Positions 56,680 through 64,000 of a stretch of 64,000 nt of DNA are shown here, piece by piece. Source of the DNA: Bacteroidales bacterium. GTDB taxonomy: Bacteria; Bacteroidota; Bacteroidia; Bacteroidales; GCA-2748055. The position numbers and the translations under genes are program-made. The stretch is from contig JAOZQY010000003.1 in assembly GCA_029931975.1 (NCBI GenBank), positions 497-64,496 on the forward strand, read 5' to 3'. Below the pieces are notes generated by a model. It had not been told where the DNA came from. It was given only the letters and a program-made list of their open reading frames with translations, and did not search any database. Positions within the stretch are counted from its first letter, which is position 1, and each line of letters begins with the position of its first letter.

Positions 56680-58548
56680 ATGAATAGAGCCAAAAGTGTC
56701 ATAGCCTGCCTAATAATCTCTCTTCCTGGAGTTTTCACTATTCAGGCACAGGAAGTTATTACACCCCTCTATAAAACCGGGGCTGCCCAACAGCACCATA
56801 AGCTTTACAGCACAAAGAAATCTACAACAGAATCCCTACTGGAGCTTCCCATATTTGACGACTTTTCAAACAGCTCCCTGGTAGCCGACACGGGTATCTG
56901 GAGCGATTACAATGCCTTTGTAAACAACAACTTCGCTGTGAACCCGATCACCAATGGAGTTGCCACCCTGGATGCCCTGGATGCAGAAGGATCCATATAT
57001 TCACATGCGGTACTCTACCCTTCCTCCTTTGTGGCAGATGTCCTTACCAGTCGCTCTATTAACCTGGATTATCCCCCATCGGATAGTATTTACTTTAGTT
57101 TCCTTTATCAGCCGGGTGGATTGTGTGACCTGCCTGAAGAGGAAGACTCCCTGATGGTTGATTTCTGGGCAAGCGATTCAAGTAGATGGATCAATATCTG
57201 GCGCGTGCCCGGCACAGGGATGCATGCATTCAAACATGTGATGATCCCACTTACCTCTCAGCGCTTCCTGACCAGCGACTTCAAATTCAGATTCAGGAAC
57301 AGAGCCAGTCTTTCCAGGAACAATGATTCACCCGATAAGAGAAGCAATGTGGATTACTGGCATGTGGATTACGTCCTTCTCAACAAAAACAGGTCAGCCT
57401 CTGACACCATTCCCAGAGATGTGGCTTTTAACACTCCGTTTACCTCTATCTTCAAGGAACATACAGCTGTCCCCTGGTCCCATTTTGAAGAGGCTTACAA
57501 TACAACCCTGGCTTCATTTATTTCGGTCGGATACAGGAACAACGATTCCATCACCCGGAATGTAACCCGTTCCCTGTCCATCCTGGAACCCATCTATGGC
57601 GAGTCACAGCCCGATGAAACTCCAACAGCCCAGGACCTGCCGGCCTTTGAAGAGACTGTGGTTGATTTCATTTTAGCTTATGATCTGGATTTTGACAGAG
57701 GGGATTCCGCATTGCTCCGGTTCAAAGCAGCACTGCGCACCGATGAATTTGATCCCAAGGTAAACGACACGGTGATTCATGACCAACTATTCAGAGACTA
57801 TTATGCCTACGATGACGGAACGGCTGAGGCGGGTTACGGACTGAGGGGGGATGGCACAGTCAACGGAATGGTAGCTGTCAGGCATCACTCCTATGTACCG
57901 GATATGCTGGGAGGAATCTATATTTTCTTCAACCAGGTATATGATTCCATAAATCTGAAAAACTACACCTTTAACCTGATGGTATGGAACGATGCAGGGG
58001 GAATCCCGGGTTCGATTCTATGGGAAGATCCCACCATCAGAAGGCCCGTCTATACGCCCAGCTATTCAGGCTTTGTCAAATATGAGTTTACGGAACCTGT
58101 TCCGGTAGACGGAGCATTCTATGTGGGGTGGAAACAATACAAGGAATATTTACTTAATGTGGGACTCGACCTGAATAACAGGCCCGATTCCCCGCTTATG
58201 TATTATAACATTGGTTCCTGGAGCGAGTCGGAGGCACCGGGCATGATCCTTCTCAGACCTTACATGTATGACAGCAGCACGGGGGTGGAAAGTTCAGCAG
58301 GACAAGAAATAAAAGCCCTGCAATTCTATCCCAATCCGGCACACGACCGAATCTGGTTCCAGTTTCCTTCGGGCTACAAGGGCCATGATATTCTGATTGA
58401 TATCTTTGATACATCGGGCCGGAAGCTTCATCATTCGGTACTCCGGTCCAACAGCCTGGATGTTTCAGGATTTTCACCAGGCCTCTATTACCTAAGAACC
58501 ACCATCTCAGGTGAACCCTATTTTTCAAAAATATTGATCAATCCTTAA
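56680..58548 (+). CDS. secreted protein with T9SS type A C-terminal sorting domain
   Basis: 622-aa ORF with a signal peptide. The last roughly 75 aa (LQFYPNPAHDRIWFQF...GLYYLRTTISGEPYFSKILINP) match the Por secretion tail pattern. The N-terminal passenger is unrecognised. Confidence 0.8.
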   Translation: MNRAKSVIACLIISLPGVFTIQAQEVITPLYKTGAAQQHHKLYSTKKSTTESLLELPIFDDFSNSSLVADTGIWSDYNAFVNNNFAVNPITNGVATLDALDAEGSIYSHAVLYPSSFVADVLTSRSINLDYPPSDSIYFSFLYQPGGLCDLPEEEDSLMVDFWASDSSRWINIWRVPGTGMHAFKHVMIPLTSQRFLTSDFKFRFRNRASLSRNNDSPDKRSNVDYWHVDYVLLNKNRSASDTIPRDVAFNTPFTSIFKEHTAVPWSHFEEAYNTTLASFISVGYRNNDSITRNVTRSLSILEPIYGESQPDETPTAQDLPAFEETVVDFILAYDLDFDRGDSALLRFKAALRTDEFDPKVNDTVIHDQLFRDYYAYDDGTAEAGYGLRGDGTVNGMVAVRHHSYVPDMLGGIYIFFNQVYDSINLKNYTFNLMVWNDAGGIPGSILWEDPTIRRPVYTPSYSGFVKYEFTEPVPVDGAFYVGWKQYKEYLLNVGLDLNNRPDSPLMYYNIGSWSESEAPGMILLRPYMYDSSTGVESSAGQEIKALQFYPNPAHDRIWFQFPSGYKGHDILIDIFDTSGRKLHHSVLRSNSLDVSGFSPGLYYLRTTISGEPYFSKILINP

Positions 58549-58552
58549 GCAC

Positions 58553-59581
58553 ATGCCTCTTGAACCTGCAGAAAACAATGAACTATTTGAGCATTTCAGA
58601 TTCAGTGCCGATCCAGGACAGACCCCATTGAGAATTGATAAGTTCCTTTCCAATAAACTTGAAAGTACCTCCCGAAGCAGAATTCAGGCCGCAGCCAATG
58701 CCGGGAACATTCTCTCCAACAACTCCCCTGTTAAGCCAAATTACAAAGTGAAACCGGGTGATGTCATTACCATCGTCCTGCCACACCCTCCCCGGAAAAT
58801 TGAACTGATCCCGGAAGATATCCCCCTGAATATTGTATTTGAGGATGAAGATGTAATTGTGGTCAATAAAAATGCCGGACTGGTGGTACATCCGGGTTAT
58901 GGAAATTACTCAGGAACCCTGGTCAATGCATTGGTGTTTCACCTCAGGGATAATCCCCTCTTTCAGTCTGGCGATGAACGGCCGGGACTGGTTCACAGGA
59001 TAGATAAAAATACCTCCGGCTTGCTTGTGGTTGCAAAAAATGAGCTGGCTCTCAGCAAACTTGCCAGTCAGTTTTTCCATAAAACAAGCAAAAGAACCTA
59101 TACAGCCCTGATATGGGGCGATATGAAGGAGAAAGAAGGGACTATCCGGGGACACATTGGCCGGAATCCAAAGAACCGGAAGCAGATGCATGTGTTCCCG
59201 GAAGGCGACCAGGGCAAGGAGGCCATCACCCACTATCGGGTACTGGAGAGGCTTGGCTATGTGAACCTGGTTGAATGCAGACTGGAAACAGGACGTACCC
59301 ACCAGATCAGGGTGCATTTTCAATATATGTCCCATCCACTGTTTAATGATCCGGAGTACGGTGGCGACCGCATCCTCAGGGGAACCACCTTTACCAAATA
59401 CAAGCAATTTGTCAATAATTGCTTCGATCTTTTACCCGGACAGGCTCTGCATGCACGAAGCCTTGGCTTTGTCCATCCTTCATCCGGAGAAGAGATGCTA
59501 TTTGATGCTCCTCTCCCTGAGGGTTTCAGTACTGTACTGCAAAAATGGCGTACCTACATCAAGGGTCGCAGCGAGGAGTAG
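58553..59581 (+). CDS. rluD: RluA-family 23S rRNA pseudouridine synthase RluD
   Basis: 342-aa ORF. S4-like N-terminus (LRIDKFLSNKL), catalytic Asp motif HRIDKNTSGLLVVAK, and TGRTHQIRVH. Confidence 0.92.
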   Translation: MPLEPAENNELFEHFRFSADPGQTPLRIDKFLSNKLESTSRSRIQAAANAGNILSNNSPVKPNYKVKPGDVITIVLPHPPRKIELIPEDIPLNIVFEDEDVIVVNKNAGLVVHPGYGNYSGTLVNALVFHLRDNPLFQSGDERPGLVHRIDKNTSGLLVVAKNELALSKLASQFFHKTSKRTYTALIWGDMKEKEGTIRGHIGRNPKNRKQMHVFPEGDQGKEAITHYRVLERLGYVNLVECRLETGRTHQIRVHFQYMSHPLFNDPEYGGDRILRGTTFTKYKQFVNNCFDLLPGQALHARSLGFVHPSSGEEMLFDAPLPEGFSTVLQKWRTYIKGRSEE

Positions 59582-59715
59582 CTGAAAATACCCATGGTGG
59601 GGTCCACTTTCATGGATGAATGGCCCTTTTCGTCAAAATTGAGTACCCCTATTTATACACTCTTCCTACAAAAGGTATTACATTTAAGAAGGAGAACAAT
59701 TCAAATTAAGAAGTG

Positions 59716-60684
59716 ATGACTATTGCCATATTTACCGGAGGAGATTCTTCTGAATACCTAATCTCCATGAAAAGCGCCGAGCAGGTTCGCCTTTGGCTGG
59801 AAGCAGCAGGCCATACATGTTACCTTGTTGAGGTCAGAAAAGATAAGTGGACTGTTAATATGGGAAAAGTTAAGATTCCACTTGATAAAAACAATCTGAG
59901 TTTTCTGAATAAGGGAAGTCAGGTCAATTTCGATTTTATCTGGAATACCATACACGGCACACCAGGTGAAGATGGTAAGCTCCAGGGATTCTTCGATATG
60001 ATGGGGATTCGGTACAGTAGTTCCAACCATCTTTCCTCCGCACTCACCTATAATAAATACACTTGCAAAAGCTTCCTGAAAGAGCACAAGGTGCTGACTC
60101 CCGAAGCGAGTCTAGTAAGAAAAAATATGGAAACCGACCTTGAAGCAGTGGCTGAGATGGTGGGATTCCCCTGCTTCGTGAAACCCAATAGCGGTGGCTC
60201 AAGTTTCGGAATAGCCAAAGTGCATCGTTTTGAGGAGTTGAAACCAGCCCTTGAAGAAGCACTTCGGGAAGACGATGAAGCCATCGTTGAACGATACATC
60301 AAAGGAACTGAAGTCACCTGCGGGCTCATGAAAACACGTGATGGCTTCAGTCTGTTTCCCATTACCGAGATCATCCCGAAAAATGAATTTTTCGACTATG
60401 AGGCAAAATATACCGAGGGGAAGGCCGAGGAAATCACTCCGGCCCGGATTGACGATGATATTACAAAAAAATGCCAGGATATGGCAATGGCCATTTATAA
60501 TCTGGCCGATTGTACCGGCATTATCAGAGTCGATTTTATTATCAAGGGAAATCAGGTATACTTCCTGGAACTGAATACCATACCGGGCATGACCAGGGAG
60601 AGTATTTTCCCAAAACAAGTGAGCAGCATGGGCTTGAAAATGGAAACCATATTGCAAAAGGTTATTGATGAGGCCATGAGCTGA
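59716..60684 (+). CDS. ddl: D-alanine--D-alanine ligase
   Basis: ATP-grasp pattern: IAIFTGGDSSEYLIS, HGTPGEDGKLQGFFD, FVKPNSGGSSFG, LELNTIPGMT. The track ORF begins one codon earlier, at the GTG at 59713. Confidence 0.93.
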   Translation: MTIAIFTGGDSSEYLISMKSAEQVRLWLEAAGHTCYLVEVRKDKWTVNMGKVKIPLDKNNLSFLNKGSQVNFDFIWNTIHGTPGEDGKLQGFFDMMGIRYSSSNHLSSALTYNKYTCKSFLKEHKVLTPEASLVRKNMETDLEAVAEMVGFPCFVKPNSGGSSFGIAKVHRFEELKPALEEALREDDEAIVERYIKGTEVTCGLMKTRDGFSLFPITEIIPKNEFFDYEAKYTEGKAEEITPARIDDDITKKCQDMAMAIYNLADCTGIIRVDFIIKGNQVYFLELNTIPGMTRESIFPKQVSSMGLKMETILQKVIDEAMS

Positions 60685-60750
60685 TAGAATGTCCCGATCG
60701 ATCTGCTCTTTTCTACTGTTTCTCACTTTTTTTGCTACTTTTACGCCCTC

Positions 60751-61191
60751 ATGAAAAGCAGCATCTATACCCTTTTAGCAGTGGTTCTGCTGGTATTGCC
60801 ACAATCTTGTTTTTATTCAGATTCAGAATTGTACAGGGTGGATCCCGTTCCCGGCAATCCCCCGGTTTTTTCGATGATCACAAACCTGGACACCCTTTAC
60901 CATCCGGCCGTAAACGACAGTCTCCACGTTAGCTACCAGGTGGAAATAGAAAACGGGGATTTCTACTACATGTATGCGGTAATAGCCAATACTGCGGTAT
61001 ACGACTCCGATACCACCCGGGGGTCCTTCTGGATCTACCCGGAACTGGCCACCGATTCCGGAGTGGATACCCTGTATATCGACCTGTACTATTCCACCAA
61101 CAGCAACAGTTTGGCCGATCAGGTAGGATATGAAGCGACCCTGGAGATAATAAAATTTGCTGTGGATTTTAACCTGGAGGATACGAAATGA
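60751..61191 (+). CDS. hypothetical lipoprotein
   Basis: 146-aa ORF with a signal and Cys (LLVLPQSC). No family recognised. ATGA overlap with the next gene. Confidence 0.55.
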   Translation: MKSSIYTLLAVVLLVLPQSCFYSDSELYRVDPVPGNPPVFSMITNLDTLYHPAVNDSLHVSYQVEIENGDFYYMYAVIANTAVYDSDTTRGSFWIYPELATDSGVDTLYIDLYYSTNSNSLADQVGYEATLEIIKFAVDFNLEDTK

Positions 61192-61904
61192 GAAAGATAT
61201 CTATTCCCAGGACAGCCCTGACAATTCTACTTTTCTCTGGCCTTACTATCTCTGCCCAGGATGGCGGCATTATGGTTTCAGGCGGAATGGCATCCTCAGC
61301 TATGGAAGATATGAAATATCTTCAGGAGTATATTTTAAGCACTTATCCAGTGGAAGGAAAAGTTACCAGTTCTTTCCCTCCCTTTACAAGCGCAGTGATC
61401 ACCGGATTTAAGCAATTGTATGATCATATTAGAATTGGCGGCGGATACAGCTATGCCACCACGGGAGGAAAATCCAGTTACTCCGATTATTCCGGAGAGA
61501 TATATTCAGAAACGTCAGTTACTTCACACCGCCTGGGAGCCTACCTCTCTTATTTGGTATTGGGTGGAGAACGCCTTGAGCTATCTTTATACGGGAAGGC
61601 CGAAGCAAACCTGAGCAGCCTGGCTATTCTGACGGCCTACTCCATACAAAACATTTCAAACAGTGGCACAAACAAGTACTGCTCCATTTCTCCAGTGGGC
61701 ACCATTGGAACAGAACTCATGTACGGATTCCGGGACTTCTCCCTTGGAATAGATGCCGGATACCTGGTCGATCTGACCGGGAATCTGAAGAATACAGATA
61801 ACGGCGAATTTCTTTTGGACCCCCTTGATCGGGAACGGATTCTTACCACAGACTGGACCGGATGGCAGTTAAAGATAAAAGCCGCGATCTGGCTCAATTT
61901 CTAA
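61188..61904 (+). CDS. hypothetical outer-membrane beta-barrel-like protein
   Basis: 238-aa ORF. Signal peptide ending ISAQ, alternating Gly/Tyr/Ser-rich strands, and a terminal ...AAIWLNF. Confidence 0.55.
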   Translation: MRKISIPRTALTILLFSGLTISAQDGGIMVSGGMASSAMEDMKYLQEYILSTYPVEGKVTSSFPPFTSAVITGFKQLYDHIRIGGGYSYATTGGKSSYSDYSGEIYSETSVTSHRLGAYLSYLVLGGERLELSLYGKAEANLSSLAILTAYSIQNISNSGTNKYCSISPVGTIGTELMYGFRDFSLGIDAGYLVDLTGNLKNTDNGEFLLDPLDRERILTTDWTGWQLKIKAAIWLNF

Positions 61905-61911
61905 GCTAAAC

Positions 61912-62700
61912 TCAGTTTCCAGAAATTCCCCTGATAAATTTCTCCACCCGCGCCTCCAGGCTAAGTGTATTCTTCTCACTCAGGACCCTTATAAACGCAC
62001 TTCCTATGATGGCTCCACTGGCATATTTGCTGGCAGTCAGGAAAGCTTTCCGGTTGGAGATTCCGAATCCGATGAGTCCGGGAACAGGAAGGTTCATCTC
62101 CTTTATGCGCTGAAAATATTCTTTCTGGTGATCTCCCACCGAATCTCTGACCCCGGTTGTAGAAGAATCGGCCACCAGGTAGACAAATCCATCTGATAGT
62201 GAACTTATCTGTCTTATCCGATCATCATCTGTAAAAGGAGTAAGCAGCAGAATGTTATAGATTCCCTTGCTCTTAAAAAGTTCCCTGTACCGGGTTTCGT
62301 ATTCCTTAGGTGGTAAGTCGGGAATAATCACGCCATCGATCCCGGCTTCACTGCATCTGCTCAGGAACTTCTCCATACCCATTTGCAGCACCGGGTTCAG
62401 GTAGCCCATCAGAACCAGTGGAATATGAACGGTACGCCGGACCTCCAGAAGCTGCTTAAAAAGCAGATCCAGTTTCATCCCATTGTTCAGAGCAATCTGG
62501 CTACTCTCCTGTATCACCGGGCCATCGGCCAGGGGATCAGAGAAGGGGATTCCTATCTCCACCATATGAGCACCATGCTCCTGGAGCAATTCCAGCAGTT
62601 TTACAGTGTCATCAAGCCCGGGATAACCAGCCGTGAGATATATGGAAAGAATCTCTGTTTCCCTGTCCCTGAAAAGTTGATTAATCCTGTTTATACTCAT
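61912..62700 (-). CDS. trpA: tryptophan synthase alpha subunit
   Basis: Starts MSINRINQLFRD...SIYLTAGYPGL. Also VEIGIPFSDPLADGPVIQ and GFGIS. The track ORF start at 62724 would overlap trpB. Confidence 0.93.
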   Translation of the reverse strand: MSINRINQLFRDRETEILSIYLTAGYPGLDDTVKLLELLQEHGAHMVEIGIPFSDPLADGPVIQESSQIALNNGMKLDLLFKQLLEVRRTVHIPLVLMGYLNPVLQMGMEKFLSRCSEAGIDGVIIPDLPPKEYETRYRELFKSKGIYNILLLTPFTDDDRIRQISSLSDGFVYLVADSSTTGVRDSVGDHQKEYFQRIKEMNLPVPGLIGFGISNRKAFLTASKYASGAIIGSAFIRVLSEKNTLSLEARVEKFIRGISGN

Positions 62701-62704
62701 TGCT

Positions 62705-63886
62705 TTATATTTCAAGTTTATCAATATAGATTTCCATATCCTTATCTCCCCGTCCGGAAAGGTTCACCACCACTACATCATCCGTGCCGGGAGTAATAAG
62801 CTCCAGAGCAGCCAGGGCATGTGCGGTTTCAAGGGCAGGAATAATTCCCTCTTTCCTTGTGCACAGAAAAGCTGCCTGCAGGGCCTTTTCATCTGTAATT
62901 GCATGCAAGGTGGCCCTGCCCGACCGGGCCAGCCAGGCATGTAGCGGCCCAACACCCGGATAGTCCAGTCCGGCCGAAATGGAATAGGGCTCCTCGATCT
63001 GACCGTCATCATCCTGCATCAGCAGTGTCCTGCTGCCATGAATAATGCCCGGGGTACCCAGCAAAGATGTGGCTGCTGTTTTACCACTATCCACTCCCAG
63101 GCCAGCTGCTTCGGCAGAGACCAATGTGACACGATCATCATCCATGTAATGATAATAGGCCCCGGCTGCATTACTCCCCCCGCCTACACATGCCACCAGA
63201 TAATCTGGATAATCCCGACCCACCTGCTCCATCAACTGGATCCTGATCTCCTCGGAGATGACCGATTGAAACCTGGTAACCATATCGGGATAAGGATGGG
63301 GCCCCACCACCGAGCCAATAATATAATGGGTATCCACAGGATGATTGATCCAGTCGCGAATGGCCTCATTGGTGGCATCCTTCAGTGTTTTATTACCGCT
63401 ATGCACAGGTATTACCTCCGCCCCCAGCATCTTCATCTTCTTAACATTGGAAGCCTGGCGCTCCACATCCAGTGCGCCCATATATACAATACATTCCATT
63501 CCTGTCAGAGCACAGACTGTGGCCGTGGCCACACCATGCTGCCCTGCACCGGTCTCCGCGATAATCCGCTTTTTATTCAGTCTCTCTGCCATAAGAAGCT
63601 GACCGATGGTATTGTTAATCTTATGAGCCCCGGTATGATTCAGATCCTCTCTTTTCAGAAAAATCTGTGTTCCAAAATGTTCCGACAAACGCTCTGCCCT
63701 GAAAAGAGGAGTTGGTCTGCCAGCATAATCCTTTAGCAAGTGCCTGAATCTTAGCTGAAAACTCTCTGACTGTACAATATTCAAGTAACTATCTTCAAGT
63801 TCCTTGATATTCGGATAGAGCATTTCAGGAATATAAGCACCGCCATACTCTCCATAAAAACCCTGCATATCTACTGCAAATCCCAT
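62705..63886 (-). CDS. trpB: tryptophan synthase beta subunit
   Basis: 393-aa ORF with PLP-lysine motif LNHTGAHKINN, ETGAGQHG, and GGGSNAAG. Confidence 0.96.
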   Translation of the reverse strand: MGFAVDMQGFYGEYGGAYIPEMLYPNIKELEDSYLNIVQSESFQLRFRHLLKDYAGRPTPLFRAERLSEHFGTQIFLKREDLNHTGAHKINNTIGQLLMAERLNKKRIIAETGAGQHGVATATVCALTGMECIVYMGALDVERQASNVKKMKMLGAEVIPVHSGNKTLKDATNEAIRDWINHPVDTHYIIGSVVGPHPYPDMVTRFQSVISEEIRIQLMEQVGRDYPDYLVACVGGGSNAAGAYYHYMDDDRVTLVSAEAAGLGVDSGKTAATSLLGTPGIIHGSRTLLMQDDDGQIEEPYSISAGLDYPGVGPLHAWLARSGRATLHAITDEKALQAAFLCTRKEGIIPALETAHALAALELITPGTDDVVVVNLSGRGDKDMEIYIDKLEI

Positions 63887-63892
63887 GTTATT

Positions 63893-64000
63893 CTATTTTC
63901 TGATTTCTAAAATAAATTCCTTTAAGGCTTGTATATCTTTTTGGCCAGGCGCCAGCTCAAAGCGGCTGTTCAGATCAATACCCATCAATTGTTTATGATC
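63893..64000 (-). CDS. trpF: phosphoribosylanthranilate isomerase, C-terminal fragment (gene continues beyond the window)
   Basis: The minus-strand frame reads ...DHKQLMGIDLNSRFELAPGQKDIQALKEFILEIRK*. The GIDLNSRFE.APG.KD tail and the position upstream of trpB-trpA fit TrpF. Confidence 0.6.
   Translation of the reverse strand, partial: DHKQLMGIDLNSRFELAPGQKDIQALKEFILEIRK

Noticed and set aside
1-64000. Search by eye for CRISPR arrays, tRNA/rRNA/tmRNA genes, riboswitch-like leaders, transposases, integrases, and toxin-antitoxin or known defence-system genes.
   Set aside because: No regularly spaced repeats, no T-loop or anticodon-arm-like tRNA structures in the spacers, and no ORF with transposase, integrase, nuclease-defence or TA motifs were seen. 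Intergenic DNA is short and mostly explained by promoters and terminators. A covariance-model scan would be needed to exclude small RNAs formally.

Overview
This is a densely packed core-chromosome window from a Bacteroidota genome. Diagnostic content includes gldB, a T9SS C-terminal sorting-domain cargo, PorT-type beta-barrels, a fused murF-alr, SPOR/PD40 envelope proteins, and TAnnTTTG -7 promoter boxes just upstream of many start codons. About 59 protein-coding genes lie on both strands. DNA/RNA housekeeping: recA, uvrA, dnaB, miaA, smpB, tgt, rsmG, rsmI, rluD, rpmH, tdk. Envelope and peptidoglycan: murF-alr, ddl, a lytic transglycosylase, an LpxL-type acyltransferase, an LptF/G permease, glycosyltransferases, a PASTA protein. 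Metabolism: lpd, ppk1, nadE, ispE, meaB, an acyl-CoA carboxyltransferase with biotin carrier, and the trpF-trpB-trpA end of a trp operon. Also present are two SPFH/NfeD pairs, two ECF-type sigma factors, a lipoprotein serpin and a Kv-type K+ channel. Two genes fall below the ORF-track cutoff and were found by reading the DNA: a 55-aa 2x[4Fe-4S] ferredoxin and the 52-aa ribosomal protein L34. One clear pseudogene is present, a decayed bcp/PrxQ peroxiredoxin directly upstream of recA. Several track ORFs are N-terminally over-extended; internal ATGs preceded by a TAnnTTTG box are preferred. I saw no rRNA, tRNA, CRISPR array, transposase/integrase or prophage content. I did not find a convincing new multi-gene system, and the window looks largely ordinary. 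The most unusual items are: (1) an ECF sigma coupled to an anti-sigma-like protein ending in an outer-membrane barrel; (2) a 1091-aa Omp85-type barrel protein with a PD40 propeller instead of POTRA domains; (3) an OM barrel with TSP3 repeats plus an EF-hand; (4) a TATTAACAA half-site array with a 27-bp perfect palindrome at the left edge; (5) the bcp relic; (6) imperfect direct repeats bracketing a serine-hydrolase gene. All functional calls rest on motif recognition by eye, and no database search was run.
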